A stretch of DNA of 64,000 bases from Octopus bimaculoides (Eukaryota), in assembly GCF_001194135.2 (NCBI RefSeq), contig NC_068992.1:57900179-57964178 (forward strand), written 5' to 3'. Shown in pieces: positions 46,124-60,020 of the stretch (positions are counted from its first letter, which is position 1; the number at the start of each line of letters is the position of its first letter). The notes beneath the pieces were generated by a model that saw nothing but the letters and a program-made list of their open reading frames with translations, searched no databases and was not told where the DNA came from. A program made the translations under genes and the position numbers.

Positions 46124-46880
46124 GCACACACAACAGGCTTTTTTTACTTTCTGTGTACCAAACCTATTCACATGGCTTTGATCCAGCTTGGGACTATAGT
46201 AGAATACACTTGCCCGAGGTACTGTGCAGTGGGACTGAACCCAAAGCTCTATGGTTGGGAAGCAAACTTCTCTACCACACAGTCACAACCAGGAAAAGGA
46301 CACATTACATACTGTAGTCCTTCAGACTTCTAAAAAAAAACAATGTCTGATGATTATGTGTCTAATCGATGTGGGCTCACTGACCTAGGGTTAAAGAAAC
46401 AACAACCACAGCTTACGTAACTGGACTGGTTGTTGAGTAAGATCATTGAAATTTCTCACCTTTGTTGCCTTCCTTTTTCATATTCCAGTTTTAGAGAAAA
46501 AAAATCTTTGCTTTATTATTTAATCCCAGGTTGATACCAATCAAGTAGAGGCCTCTGATCAAAAGAGAATTGCCATCTGTGTTGGTGGGAAAAATATTTA
46601 ATGCTACATTGCTTCAAGATACTTAGCTGCTATCAAGAATAGGTTCCACCAAATCATCTGGGAATGTTACCTGGTGTCCTGGCAAAAGTAGAGATTTATC
46701 ATGGTCAGAATGTTTTTCATCGTAAATCAATTTGATCAAGGGCTACCCTCGTTGTAAATGGCAATGAGTCTAAGCACCAACACTATGGTTTTGGGGTGCA
46801 TTTTATTATATTAGATCTGTGATTTTGTATATGATATTACTTTTTTTTTTTTTATATCATTTCATGAATTTATTTTTCAG

Positions 46881-46964
46881 AAGAGGATTTCATAATGCAG
46901 ACAGCTTCAACAATGCAAACACTTAAAGAGCTAGAGCCTATAATTAGCAGTGAACATGTAAAAG
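46881..46964 (+). CDS. DCTN3: DCTN3 coding exon 4 (gene continues; later exons not located)
   Basis: tatttttcag| acceptor and AAAG|gttggt donor, phase 1-1. EEDFIMQTASTMQTLKELEPIISSEHVK resembles [28 protein letters not shown]. Confidence 0.9.
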
Positions 46965-48402
46965 GTTGGTGAATATTCTTCTACTCCTGAATGGTAAAAC
47001 AAAATATAAGAACTGTTTCTTGTTTGTTTGTTTGTTTTACATTTAACAAGGTGAGTTGTGAGGTATCAAATTTAAATGTTGCTGTCCAAGACCCAATGTA
47101 ATGCCTCCAGTAAATTTACCCATTGAAATACCTGCAATGGATTTGAACTTATGACTTTACAACTCGTATAGTTCAGTAACTGTTTTAACTAAACAATTTT
47201 GTAAGTGTGCATATAACAAAATGATGATTAATGTGTGTGTGTGTATGTGTTATAGACTGCAGGCAAAATATTGCTTTACAAAAGAATTGTATTTATAGAA
47301 ACTAATTTTAGTGATATAAAAAATAAATTTAAAATTACATTTAATTAAATTTTTCTGTGGTTATTAGTAGTGCCATACAAAGGTTGGTGAATAGTATTGG
47401 CTACACTTTCACTTGAAGAATAAGTCAACAAGAACAACCTATGACTTGCTTAGAAAGCATTTGGATGTATAAGCACAATCATCATCATCATCAGTATCAT
47501 CGTTAATTTACATCCATACAGCTATGGGTTAGATATGTTGTCGTGATCCAATTCTTCTACCCTCCTTGATAGCTTGGAGGATCACATTTCAGTTGTATGC
47601 TCCATATTTGCTTGGCTTCTATGGTCGGATGCCCTTCCTAACACCAACCATTGTACAGAGTGTGGTGGGTAATTTAGGTTCCAGTTGAGCACTTGGGGTG
47701 AGATTAATAGACTAAGTCCTTCCCACTAAAATTGCTGTTCTTGTTCCAGATTTTGAAACCGTAAAGCAGCAAGCTGGGAGAATTGTTAGAGTATCAGACA
47801 AAATGCTTTGCAGCATTTGTTCAAGCTCATTTGTCCAAGCTCTGAGTTCGAATCCCATCGAGGTCAACTTTGCCTTTCACCTTTTTGAGGGTCAGTAAAA
47901 TAAAGTCTTGGTCAAATACTGTGGTTGATGGTATCGACTAATCCCTCCCCTCGAAAATTGCTGGCCTTGTGGCAGTCAAGTAGTGGAATCAATGTAATTG
48001 ACTTCCCCCTCCCCTCAAAATTGCTGGCCTTGTGCCAAAATTAGAAAGAATTTTTAGTATCCATCTATCCATGCATTTTCTCTCTATCCATTATTCCTGG
48101 GAGGCTAAGCACTTCCTCCGTAGTATCCTATCAGCAGCAACCACTATTAGGACTTTCCAGCTGGTTTCTCAAACATGACCAATGAGACCATGGTTGTTAT
48201 CCAACCATCTTAATTCTTGGTCTCTTGCCAGTTAGCTTGGCTTCAAGAATCTGTTCTGCAATTCCCTCTTGGGACATTCTAATCGTATGTCCTTAGTACT
48301 GGATCTGTGGCATTTTCAATGCAGAGAGAAAGCATCTCGATCTGGGGAGACTCCCTACTCTCTGAGCTATACACCTTGTATTATTATCATTATTATTATT
48401 AC

Positions 48403-48434
<32 letters not shown>

Positions 48435-48728
48435 GCAGGTGGCACATAAAATACACCATCTTGAGCGTGGGCGTTGCCAGTACAGCCTGACTGGCCTTCG
48501 TGCGGGTGACACGTAAAAGCACCCACTACACTCTCTGAGTGGTTGGCGTTAGGAAGGGCATCCAGCTGTAGAAACTCTGCCAAATCAGATTGGAGCCTGG
48601 TGTAGCCATCTGGTGTAGCCATCTGGTGTAGCCATCTGGTGTAGCCATCTGGTTTCACCAATCCTCAGTCAAATTGTCCAACCGATGCTAGCATGGAAAG
48701 CAGACGTTAAACGACGATGATGATGATG

Positions 48729-48730
<2 letters not shown>
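48435..48730 (+). mobile_element. Retroposon family B with internal 13-bp x4 expansion
   Basis: Unit ctggtgtagccat at 48597-48648 occurs once in the other family copies. Confidence 0.85.
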
Positions 48731-48761
<31 letters not shown>

Positions 48762-49020
48762 TAGGTGGTGAGTTGGCAAAATCATTAGCACACTGAAAAT
48801 GCTAAGCAGTATTTCACCTGTCGCTACGTTTTGAGTTCAAATTCTGCCGAGGTGGACTTTGCCTTTCATCCTTTTTGGGGGTCGATAAATTAAGTACCAG
48901 TGAAACACTGGGGGGGAGGGGGTCTATGTAATCGACTAGTCCCCACCTCACCCCCACGCCACCCCAAAATTTCAGGTCTTGTGCCTTTAGTAGAAAGGAT
49001 TATTATTATTATTATCCTTA
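48762..49020 (+). mobile_element. SINE family C, full length
   Basis: Head ggtggtgagttggcaaaatc, B box gagttcaaattc, (TTA)n tail. Confidence 0.85.
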
Positions 49021-49357
49021 TCATCAGCATAAATTTACAATGACTGATTAGTGCTGTAAGTCTACATTACCTATAATGTCAAAAATTTCTGTCCCTTCAC
49101 ATTCCTTCAAACTTTACCTAATATCACATCATTAATGAGTGGTGTGGCTTCACTCACATTCCTTTGTTTCTCTAACTATAGAAATTATTGTTATTATTAT
49201 TATTATCTTTTTTTATAAATGCTACTTTATACATTTAGCTTATATATTCTCTGTTCCCCCACACTGTTCCTATTTCCTGTTACCTTGTATTACATGTAGT
49301 TAGGAATTGTTTCTGTGTAATTATATGGATTGGCTCTCTTTCAGTTACTACTCTCAG

Positions 49358-49389
<32 letters not shown>

Positions 49390-49910
49390 AGAATGTCCAG
49401 TTTTGTTCTGTTTCAGAAGCTTTGCAATAACAGAACCTACCAGCAACATATATATATGTTTGTTTGTATATATTTATGTATGTATATATGTGAGTATGCG
49501 TATGTATGTATGTATAACACACATGCATATGCATACCTACATTCATTCATACATGCTGTGGAATTTTTTTTTAGTTTCCAGTCCAACGTTGTTTTAAGAA
49601 ACATGCCAATTTAGTATTACTGTTGTTGTTGTTGCTGCTGCTAATGTTGTTCTTGTTGCTGATGAAGGAGACGTTCATTTAAAGGAAGGTTTTTTGATTC
49701 ACTTGTTGGATGCCCCAACTGAATATCCATGAATAAATGTCTGTTTCTTTTATTTACTCATACAGGAGCTCCATACTTTTCATGTAAGTCCCAAATGCAC
49801 ATAATTCAACTGCTTACTGTTAAATGCTTCACCATCACCAGTGAACAGCTACAGTTAAATAACAATCCTTTTACTACCATTACTACTTTCCCCTCTATCT
49901 ATCCGACCTA

Positions 49911-49952
<42 letters not shown>

Positions 49953-52900
49953 NNNNNNNNNNNNNNNNNNNNNNNNNNNNNNNNNNNNNNNNNNNNNNNN
50001 NNNNNNNNNNNNNNNNNNNNNNNNNNNNNNNNNNNNNNNNNNNNNNNNNNNNNNNNNNNNNNNNNNNNNNNNNNNNNNNNNNNNNNNNNNNNNNNNNNNN
50101 NNNNNNNNNNNNNNNNNNNNNNNNNNNNNNNNNNNNNNNNNNNNNNNNNNNNNNNNNNNNNNNNNNNNNNNNNNNNNNNNNNNNNNNNNNNNNNNNNNNN
50201 NNNNNNNNNNNNNNNNNNNNNNNNNNATATATATGTATGTATGTATATCATATATATTAATATTATATATATATATATATTAGCTTGCATGTGATGCGGC
50301 TTCAGCTGAGAGTGTGTTGTGTGTTCCAGTACAATTGCATGCCATTTATTGAATCTCCAAAACAGTTCCTAAATATAATCCTAGAAGTATATTGTGCTTC
50401 ATGTTTTAGCTACCGTAATACTAAAGGCTCTTAGGTAAGCAGTATTGTTTCCTCGTTATTCACATTCATCAAGACATCTAAAATAATAAAACAGTATTTA
50501 AGATCATCGTCATCATTTAATGTTCGCCTTCCATGCTGGCATGAGTTGGATGATTTGATTGGAACTCCTAAGCTGGAGAGCTGCACCTGGTCCCAGTTTG
50601 ATTTGGCATGGTTTCTATGGCTGGATGCTCTTCTTAATGCCAACCACTCCGAGAGTATAATGGGTACCATTTACATGACACTAGCAATGGTCACTACTAT
50701 GATTTCACCTGGTTTGACAAGTCTTCTCAATCACAGCATATCGTCAAGGTCTTGGTCACCTGTCATCACCTCCATGAAGCTCAACATTCGAAGACGATGC
50801 TTCAAAAAAAAAGATGTTGGTCATGTAGTTGATGATGTTGATATTCTTTGTCATCAAACATCAGAAGATAATTCTTCCTTGAAGTTAAACAGCAAAACCT
50901 TTGGCTTATGGTGGCAAGTTGAGATAAGCTCAGATTGTTTTGTTTTTTGTTTTTGTTTTCTTTTCTGTTCAAGATTAGAGTTGGGTAGAACATGATGTGG
51001 ATCCTTTATATGTCATAAAATTTATAGAAAAGGTGGTTAAAGTTGATTAAATCAATCAACAGTATTTGACTGCTACTTGTATCATCAAGCCCAGAAGGAT
51101 GAGAGTTAAAATTGACCTCCACATAAACTTGGCATCTAAAATGGCAATGCAAAAAGAACTTGAATAGTGTTTAATGTCTAGTTTTTGGGGGTAATGATCT
51201 AGATTCTAGATGATCAACTATGAATGGAAGAAGTGTACGGCTAGGGTGCTAGAGGAAAGTTTACAATCTTAAAATTTTATCTTCACAACCTTGATGTGAT
51301 TTTGGACTTTGCTAAGTGTTATAGAGTATGGAAGAATATTATTATATTGTTTGAAATCATAAAGTACTGTCACCGAAACAGGTTGAATGTCCAGTCAGCC
51401 ATGCCAAATTGTCAGTGTCCAGAGAGCCATGCCCATTTGCCTTGTTCCCTACAAAGTTGATTCAGCTCAACAGCAGCCTGAATTGGGAATGCCAGTTAAC
51501 CCATTAGCATTTAAACTGGCCATATCCAGCCAAAATGTTCTACCTGTTTTATGTTCAAACTGGCCAGATCTGGCCTCTCACACCTACTCTACATTATCAT
51601 TCTAAAAATTAACAGTTACCTCATCAAAATGTCACAGCTACAAGATAATGCATGATTAATTCAAAATAATGGGAATTAAAATGTATTACTTTTGATAGAA
51701 TAATATGAATGGTAAAGGGTTATCAACAAAGATGCCTCTATGTGTTAGCTTGATCTGCTAGGAATAATAGCTTAGTCCTCATTAAAATATTTGCTCTTTG
51801 GGAATAGTAATTACAATAGAACCCATGTCTTCTGCTGTTTGTGTTGCCTTACATTCTTCTGTTTCTAAATTTGTGTTTAAGTCTCTGATAAGGCTTTGAA
51901 AGATGCAGCATTTCATGTGTTACAAATATTTTTGTTGATCAAGTTTTGTACGTATTTGACTAGTGAAGTTTTTCTGTTCCTTTTGTGTTTGCTATTTAAA
52001 TTAATCATTAGTATATACTTGTGTTTCGAATCAATATCTCGAATATATGTCTACTGTGTTGCTTGCTCTGGTTATAGATATAAATATAGATAGAACTCCA
52101 CTTCTCTGCTCTGTTGCTAAGTGTGTGAACTATGCTTCTACAGTCACCTTGTTGCTAACATCATGTACAAATAAATACACACACACACACACACATTACT
52201 CATTTCATCAGTTGATGTTTCGTAGCTCCATCTTTACTGAGTTGTACACCCACACATGCATACTCAAGAGCACACACATATACATCTATATATCTTCGTT
52301 ATTGTTTGAAAGCTACATGTCCAAACTACCTAGGATTGTGTTTCATAGCTGGGTTCTTTTCCTGCAACCAACCCTTTTACTCACTCATTGAAACAATCAG
52401 AGATGCAGTTTATCAATGTGTGTATCATGGAAGCTGGATGCACACAGTAATGTGTGTATTTACATACATACACACATAAATACACACAAATATACATGCA
52501 CACATAAATAAATAAATAAATGAATGAATGAATGAATTAATTAATTCACTAGGAACTCTGAGGAGCAGCAATGTGAAGCCTAGATGAATGAATAAGTAAA
52601 CTCTGTTATATGTTTTGCATACTCTTCTTACTCTGTTGTACTCTAAAATCATCGTTAAAGTCACACACTTCAGAGAGAGAGAGAATGAGAGAAGATGGGA
52701 GAGAGATGGTCGTCCAAGTTGGTAAGAAGCAAGGCTAATAACTGCATGAGATGCTGGTGACTATTTACTGCCAATGGTTCCTGTGATGTTGATATAGCCA
52801 AAATACCTGACTCTCAGATGGACCAGTCCACATAGCTGCAAATGGACACTACAAGTTTGAATCACCATATCAATATAAGTAACAGCAGCGCTGAGTTCAT

Positions 52901-53004
52901 CTCATTCTGTAGCTTGGACAGGGATGTTTTTTGTGTCAAACTGACATGAGTGAGGTACCTAATGAACCCGTGGGTTATGGGTTCCTGTACATGCACATAC
53001 ACAC

Positions 53005-53330
53005 AGGGGTAAAGACCCCCTTCAGTCATGAATGACCATCGGATTGTACCTAGAAAGTTCCCCTCCGAGGCATGAATCCAGGCAAGGTTGTTTGTGGAAG
53101 ACCAGCAGTCATCCATGCATACCCCAGTCTACTCTCTCCACACCACTGGTGTTATCCAAGGGAAAGGCAAAGGTCAGTTTGGCTTGGCACCACTCATTTC
53201 TACAGATGAGTGAACTGGAGCAAAATGAAATAAAGTGTCTTGCTTAAAAACACAACACTCAACCTGGTCTGGGAATCGAACTCACTACCTCATGATTGTA
53301 AGCCTAAAGCTCTAACCACTGAGCCATGCT
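53005..53330 (-). mobile_element. SINE family D
   Basis: Matches 5016-5357. Related fragments at about 40200-40410, 40875-41120, 60345-60640, 60660-60918 and 61425-61610. Confidence 0.82.
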
Positions 53331-53618
53331 ACCCGCTACACACACACAAGTATACACACATACAAGGTGGTTGTCTCATTAGCATGTTGGATAGATTGCC
53401 TAGCAGTATTCCTTCCAGCTCTCTCTGTTCAGTGTTCAAATCCTGCTATGGCCCACTACTGCTGTTAGTTGCTCCTCTTGATGATAATGATGCTGATGTT
53501 ATGGAACAAGATGGGGCTCTGTTAAGTTTTGGAAGTGGCCATGGCACTGTATGTCACAGCAGTGCCCCTACTATTCTACCAGGAGTTGAGGACCCAAGGA
53601 AGGGAAGAAAATACATGT

Positions 53619-53661
<43 letters not shown>

Positions 53662-55273
53662 TTCACTCTTTTACTAATTGCTGGTATAACTTCTGTCTCC
53701 TCTTAGTTTCCAAATGTAGCCAGCCATTGTTCATCATCTTGGATAGCATCTTCCCCTTTAGTTTTTCCTCTCCCTCTCTAGACAGATGTATCCCTAGATA
53801 AATAAGGTGTTCAGTGTATCCAATGTTAGCACAGATCTGCAGTGTGTTGGTTTGTTTACTCTCACGGGCGATATTTACAGCTGTGTACACATCATTACTT
53901 CATTATTGTGGAGGTTGAAGTACAGAGTTCTCTTGTACAATACATCTCAGCTACACCATGTTGGTTCAGGACCCTCTCTACTGTACTACCTTGGTATAAA
54001 TCTGTCTCCTATCTTTACACATATCTATATCCACTACACTATGATGCTACACTTCTTTAATGATTCTCTTGGTATAAGTCTGTCTCTTACTCAACTAATT
54101 GGTTGTTTGAAATCTGTTTCCCATTATTGTTTAATTGGTACAGTTGTGTCTTCATTCCATTTTCTTTTTCTCTTTATATTGTCTTGGAGTGTTTTCACTG
54201 CACTGTTTAAGTAAATACATACATGATATAAAAAAAAAAAACACTATTTCATTCTACCCAATTCTTAATGATAAATAAATAACGAGGTAGATATGAGAGA
54301 CCTACATATTTTACTCTTTATTTATTGGCAATCTACTTTTTTCTTTTCTTTTTAAAGTTCAATTTTAAAATTTCAGATTTGGTCAAACCATTCATGTTTC
54401 TATATTTCTGTTTATATCTGAAAATACATTTTTTTTGCAAGTTTTGAATATTTTCTAAAAAAAAAAATTTTAAAAAAACACAATTTATGTAACATTATTT
54501 GACAACAAATTAACATATTTTGTTGTTACTGTTGTTGTTGTTCCTTGAAAAGATCAACAGGAAACTAAAATCTAACAAAATTACTCAGCAGGTCTGGTTG
54601 TTTTGTATGATCCTTGAAGAAGTCCCGTTACTTCTTGTTTTTATAACTAAAACTGTGTTGTTTTGATCACAATTATAACTAATCAATTAATTAATCTTTT
54701 GCCTTGAAGAGGAATCATTGTCACTATTTTTGGTATGTCTTGAATGATTAAACTATTTACCTCTTCTCCAACAGACTACAACGTATTTGAGCCTACCATT
54801 TCAAACTAAAGAAATATTCATGATATTTAACCTTTTAGCATTTAAACCAGCCACATACCTGGCCAAAATATTCTGTTTTATGTTCAAACTGGCCTTATCC
54901 ATCCTCTCACACCTACATTACAATGTTAGTCTTATCATCAAAATCTCAAGGCTACAAGATAATGCAGGATTAATTCAAAACAATTTGAATAAATTAGTGT
55001 TATATTTGATAGAATAACCTGAATGCTACAGAGTTGATATTTAATCCTTCAGTGCTTACCCAAGTGAATTGCAGTTCCCTGTAGTACCTACGTACATCTA
55101 CATGAATTGAGCCAATGGAAGTTGTCTTTATTGAGGTTACTCAGTGAAAACCTCAAGACAGAGGGCAAGCTACTAAACTTTTAACAAATGGATCAGCACT
55201 AACGTAACTTCCTTGGTTAGATGTGACTCATAATTTTCATTTTTTTTTTCTGTGTTTTAATATATATATATAT

Positions 55274-55620
55274 CATCATCATCATCATCATTTAACGTCT
55301 GCTTTCCATGCTAGCATGGGTTGGACGATTTGACTGAGGACTGGTGAAACCAGATGGCTACACCAGGCCCCAATCTGATTTGGCAGAGTTTCTACAGCTG
55401 GATGCCCTTCCTAACGCCAACCACTCCAAGTGTGTAGTGGGTACTTTTACGTGCCACCAGCACAAGGGCCAGTCAGGCGGAACTGGCAACGGCCATGCTC
55501 AAAATGGTGTATTTTACGTGCCATCCACACAAGAGCCAGTCCAAGGGCACCGGCAACGATCTCGCTCAAAAGTCCTTACACATGCCACGGGCACAAGTGC
55601 CAGAAAGGCGACGCTGGGCA
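55274..55620 (-). mobile_element. Retroposon family B (longest copy)
   Basis: Same tail. Other family B or related copies at about 4590-4800, 5845-6050, 7438-7665, 12545-12640, 19740-19900, 24790-25055, 31866-32040, 33250-33480, 37325-37620, 45640-46060 and 50505-50720. Confidence 0.85.
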
Positions 55621-56277
55621 CGAAAAGAACAGTGATGATTTATTTTTAATAATTATTTATAATAATATCCTACCTGTCAAGACATGTGTTCAGGTGTTAT
55701 GTTTTTAACTCTGGAACAAAAATTTTCAAAGCCATGATTGAAATCTTTTAATACACTGAAACAATTTTGAGTGTTAGGCTCTCAACAAGCTTAAAATTGT
55801 GGAGCAGAATTGAAGATGCAGTTGAAATCTTGAACATTATGAAACCATACCAAGAAGATTTATAAATTTATGCATCAAAACAGAAACAAAAATTTTGGAA
55901 AAAACAAGGAATTCCCCCAAGCTCCTCATATTCCATTATATAGAATCTTTGCCACAACTAAATTGAATAAATAGTTCATGCATTCTTCTAGACAATTTGT
56001 GTGAAACTGACCAATCAAACCATTTTCTGTTGCAAAGCACAAGACATTGTGTGTGTGTTTTACATACACACATACACTCGCACATGTATATAAACACATG
56101 CTCATGCACACACACACACACACACAGAATTATTATTTCTATTCTTTATTGTCTTCAGCATATCAACTGTGTTTTCCTGATTGAATGTTTTCTTTTTGAT
56201 TTGTAAAAATCTTGTGTTGAAACAGATGTTGTTGTACCTGGGAAGGTCATTTTACTAATGAAGTGTGAAAAACACTG

Positions 56278-56502
56278 TTAACCAATTAATGAATCACTTG
56301 TTTGGTCAATCAATTTAATCAATTGGTTAATTAGAGTTCATTTCATTGCAGTGAGCAACCTTAACGATGACACACCTTCATCAGTTCTTCTTCATAGAAA
56401 AAGAGCTGCTGACAGCGCATCATTAATAAGATTATAGATTGCAACAAAAGGACCCAAATAAACTGATTTACTGACCAAGCAAGTGATTAGTTAATTGGTT
56501 AA
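56278..56502. mobile_element. Foldback/MITE-like element, related ends to 15960-16196
   Basis: ttaaccaattaatgaatcacttgtttggtca versus the reverse complement of tgaccaagcaagtgattagttaattggttaa. Confidence 0.75.
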
Positions 56503-56887
56503 CTGATAACAATAATGATAAAAAGAATTGAAATACAACCAGTGCTTGTGTATTTATTGGCAAACTGACCCTTCCAAAACACATAATTGAATGTTCCTTG
56601 CTTAATGTCAGCTATCTGTAGCTAAAGAGTTATGTTTCTTTTTTTTTGTGACCCTTCATTTAGTTTATTGCTGAGCAAGTGATTGATATTGCTTCCCTGC
56701 ATTATTGCTACATTCAGTTCCTCCATCCATTTCTTGAGATGGAAATGTTTTGTCATTGAATGATGCTGCTTTATCATCAAGCACTATTGTTGTTGTTGTG
56801 AACTCCCGAACTTCTGTTGGGCTTTAATGTCTTTCACATAACTTCATAGCTTGTTTCATCATCATCATCATCACCATCATCATTGTC

Positions 56888-57309
56888 ATTACTCCCTTTA
56901 CTCTTTTACTTGTTTCAGTCTTTTGACTGTGGCCATGCTGGAGCACCGCCTTTAGTCGAATCAAATCGATCCCAGGACTTATTCTTTAGAAGCCTAGTAC
57001 TTATTCTATCAGTCTCTTTTGCCGAACTGCTAAGTTACGGGGACATAAACACACAGCCATCAGTTGTCAAGCGATGCTGGGGGGACAAACACAAACACAT
57101 ACACACACATACACACATATATATATATATATATATACATATATACAACGGGCTTCTTTCAGTTTCCATCTACCAAATCCACTCACAAGGCTTTGGTCGG
57201 CCCGAGGCTATAGTAGAAGACACTTGCCCAAGGTGCTACGCAGTGGGACTGAACCCGGGACCATGTGGTTGGTAAGCAAGCTACTTACCACACAGCCACT
57301 CCTACGCCT
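56888..57309 (-). mobile_element. SINE family A, full length
   Basis: Tail ttactccctttactcttttacttg to head acacagccactcctacgcc. Confidence 0.92.
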
Positions 57310-58108
57310 ATTATTAGACTTATTGTTAGTGGCATCATCACCATCACCACCCATCATCATTGTCACTAACACTACAATCATCATCATCATCATTACAGTC
57401 CTCCACTACTGTTATCATTATTGTTGTCATCAACATCATCATCATTTTCACCTCCATTGTCATCATCATCACCACCATCATCATCATGGTCTCTATTATC
57501 ATTATCATTAGTTGTCGTCATCACCATCATCATCATCATTATCATTGTCACCGCCAGCACCACCATCATCATCATCATTGTTGAATTTGATGATGTCATT
57601 CTTTTAGTTGTGGTTGATTCTGTTTTCTGCATCAACAACATTAAAGAAACCAACTGTCAAAACGTCGGAGGCTGTTTTTTTTTTTTTATAAATTTCATTT
57701 AATTTTAAAATCATTATGAATGAAGAGAAATAAACCAAGCCTACAAATTAAGTAAATAAATAAATAAAACAAGGCAGTTGTTAGCTTGAGTTAATTAACA
57801 ACAGCATATGTATTGATTTCTTAATGAGATACAACAGTATTATAATCATAGCAGAAATGTGATTTTGTGATATTCATGCCTTTCTCAGTGATGTTATTAA
57901 CATAGATGACGTGAAACAGCCACAACTGCGAAATGAAACTTAGCAGTGAAATAATTAATTTTATATCCTACTTTATAAATAATAGCATCGTTAATTAGAG
58001 GTTTTTTAACAAGCCAAATACTTATTATAATTCTGATGGTGGTGGACCATATTTGAAGATCTAAAGATATTCTTTGTTGTTATAGTTTGGTGAAAGATAT
58101 AAACATAT

Positions 58109-58525
58109 AGGCGCAGGAATGGCTGTGTGGTAAGTAGCTTGCTTACCAACCACATGGTTCTGGGTTCAGTCCCACTGTGTGGCACCTTGGGCAAGTGTCT
58201 TCTACTATAGCCTCGGGCCAACCAAAGAAAGCCTTGAGAGTGGATTTGGTAGACAGAAACTGAAAGAAGCCTGTCGTATATATGTATATATATATATGTA
58301 TGTGTGTATATGTTGTGTACCTGTGTTTGTCCCCCCAACATTGCTTGACAACCGATGCTGGTGTGTTTAGGTCCCCGTAACTTAGCGGTTCGGCAAAAAG
58401 AGACCGATAGAATAAGTACTAGGCTTCCAAAGAATAAGTCCTGGGATCGATTTGATTCGACTAAAGGCGGTGCTCCGGCATGGCCGCAGTCAAACGACTG
58501 AAACAAGTAAAAGAATAAAAGAATA
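58109..58525 (+). mobile_element. SINE family A, full length
   Basis: Head ggcgcaggaatggctgtgtgg to tail gtaaaagaataaaaga. Confidence 0.92.
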
Positions 58526-58823
58526 TATGTATACATCTATCAATGGTCATCATTTTGCATCCACTTTCCATGTTGGCATGTTTTGGACTGGTCATTTCTG
58601 CTCTCCTTGATTAGTCAGGTCAAGGGACCATGTCTCATTCATGTTTCATTTTAGCTTGGTTTCTACAGCTGGATGTCCTTCCTAACAGAGTAGATTGACA
58701 CCAGCATTCGAGAGGATGGGTTAAGAAAGTGATGGCTAGCCAAGAGTAGATAATAGGGTGAGAGTGAATGAAAGATTTCAATACCAAATAGCCAGTGGGA
58801 GGGGTATGAGTAGAGAGCATGAA

Positions 58824-58858
<35 letters not shown>

Positions 58859-58949
58859 GTTAAGAAGCTTGTTTTGCAACCACATGGTAAGTAAAAGATT
58901 TTAAAAATTGTTTGTTTGTGTGTGTGTGTATACATATACATATATACAC

Positions 58950-59825
58950 ACTCTTTTACTCTTTACTCTTTTACTTGTTTCAGTCATTTGACTGTGGCCA
59001 TGCTGGAGCACCGCCTTTAGTCGAGCAAATCGACCCCGTAACCCTAGTACTTATTCTATCGGTCTCTTTTGCCGAACCGCTAATTTACGGGGGACACACC
59101 AGCATCGGTTGTCAAGCAATGTTGGGGAAACAAACACAGACACACAAACATACATATATATACATACATACATANNNNNNNNNNNNNNNNNNNNNNNNNN
59201 NNNNNNNNNNNNNNNNNNNNNNNNNNNNNNNNNNNNNNNNNNNNNNNNNNNNNNNNNNNNNNNNNNNNNNNNNNNNNNNNNNNNNNNNNNNNNNNNNNNN
59301 NNNNNNNNNNNNNNNNNNNNNNNNNNNNNNNNNNNNNNNNNNNNNNNNNNNNNNNNNNNNNNNNNNNNNNNNNNNNNNNNNNNNNNNNNNNNNNNNNNNN
59401 NNNNNNNNNNNNNNNNNNNNNNNNNNNNNNNNNNNNNNNNNNNNNNNNNNNNNNNNNNNNNNNNNNNNNNNNNNNNNNNNNNNNNNNNNNNNNNNNNNNN
59501 NNNNNNNNNNNNNNNNNNNNNNNNNNNNNNNNNNNNNNNNNNNNNNNNNNNNNNNNNNNNNNNNNNNNNNNNNNNNNNNNNNNNNNNNNNNNNNNNNNNN
59601 NNNNNNNNNNNNNNNNNNNNNNNNNNNNNNNNNNNNNNNNNNNNNNNNNNNNNNNNNNNNNNNNNNNNNNNNNNNNNNNNNNNNNNNNNNNNNNNNNNNN
59701 NNNNNNNNNNNNNNNNNNNNNNNNNNNNNNNNNNNNNNNNNNNNNNNNNNNNNNNNNNNNNNNNNNNNNNNNNNNNNNNNNNNNNNNNNNNNNNNNNNNN
59801 NNNNNNNNNNNNNNNNNNNNNNNNN

Positions 59826-59872
<47 letters not shown>

Positions 59873-60020
59873 ATATAAGATGGTTTCTGCAGAGTTTTTG
59901 TCTCCCTAATTCCTCTCAGAAAATATTGGTCAACCCAAGGTTATAAAAGCTGAGACTTGCTGAAGATGTCATGCAGAGGAATCAACACCAGAGTTGCATG
60001 GTTACAAAGCAAACTTCTCA
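58950..60020 (-). mobile_element. SINE family A split by gap 59175-59825
   Basis: 3' half 58950-59160 near consensus; degenerate 5' half after the gap, possibly from a different copy. Confidence 0.7.

Noticed and set aside
55075-55135. Candidate DCTN3 exon 5 (VPCSTYVHLHELSQ...)
   Set aside because: Only an L..L.Q pattern matches; the acceptor is weak and there is no suitable donor at the expected length.
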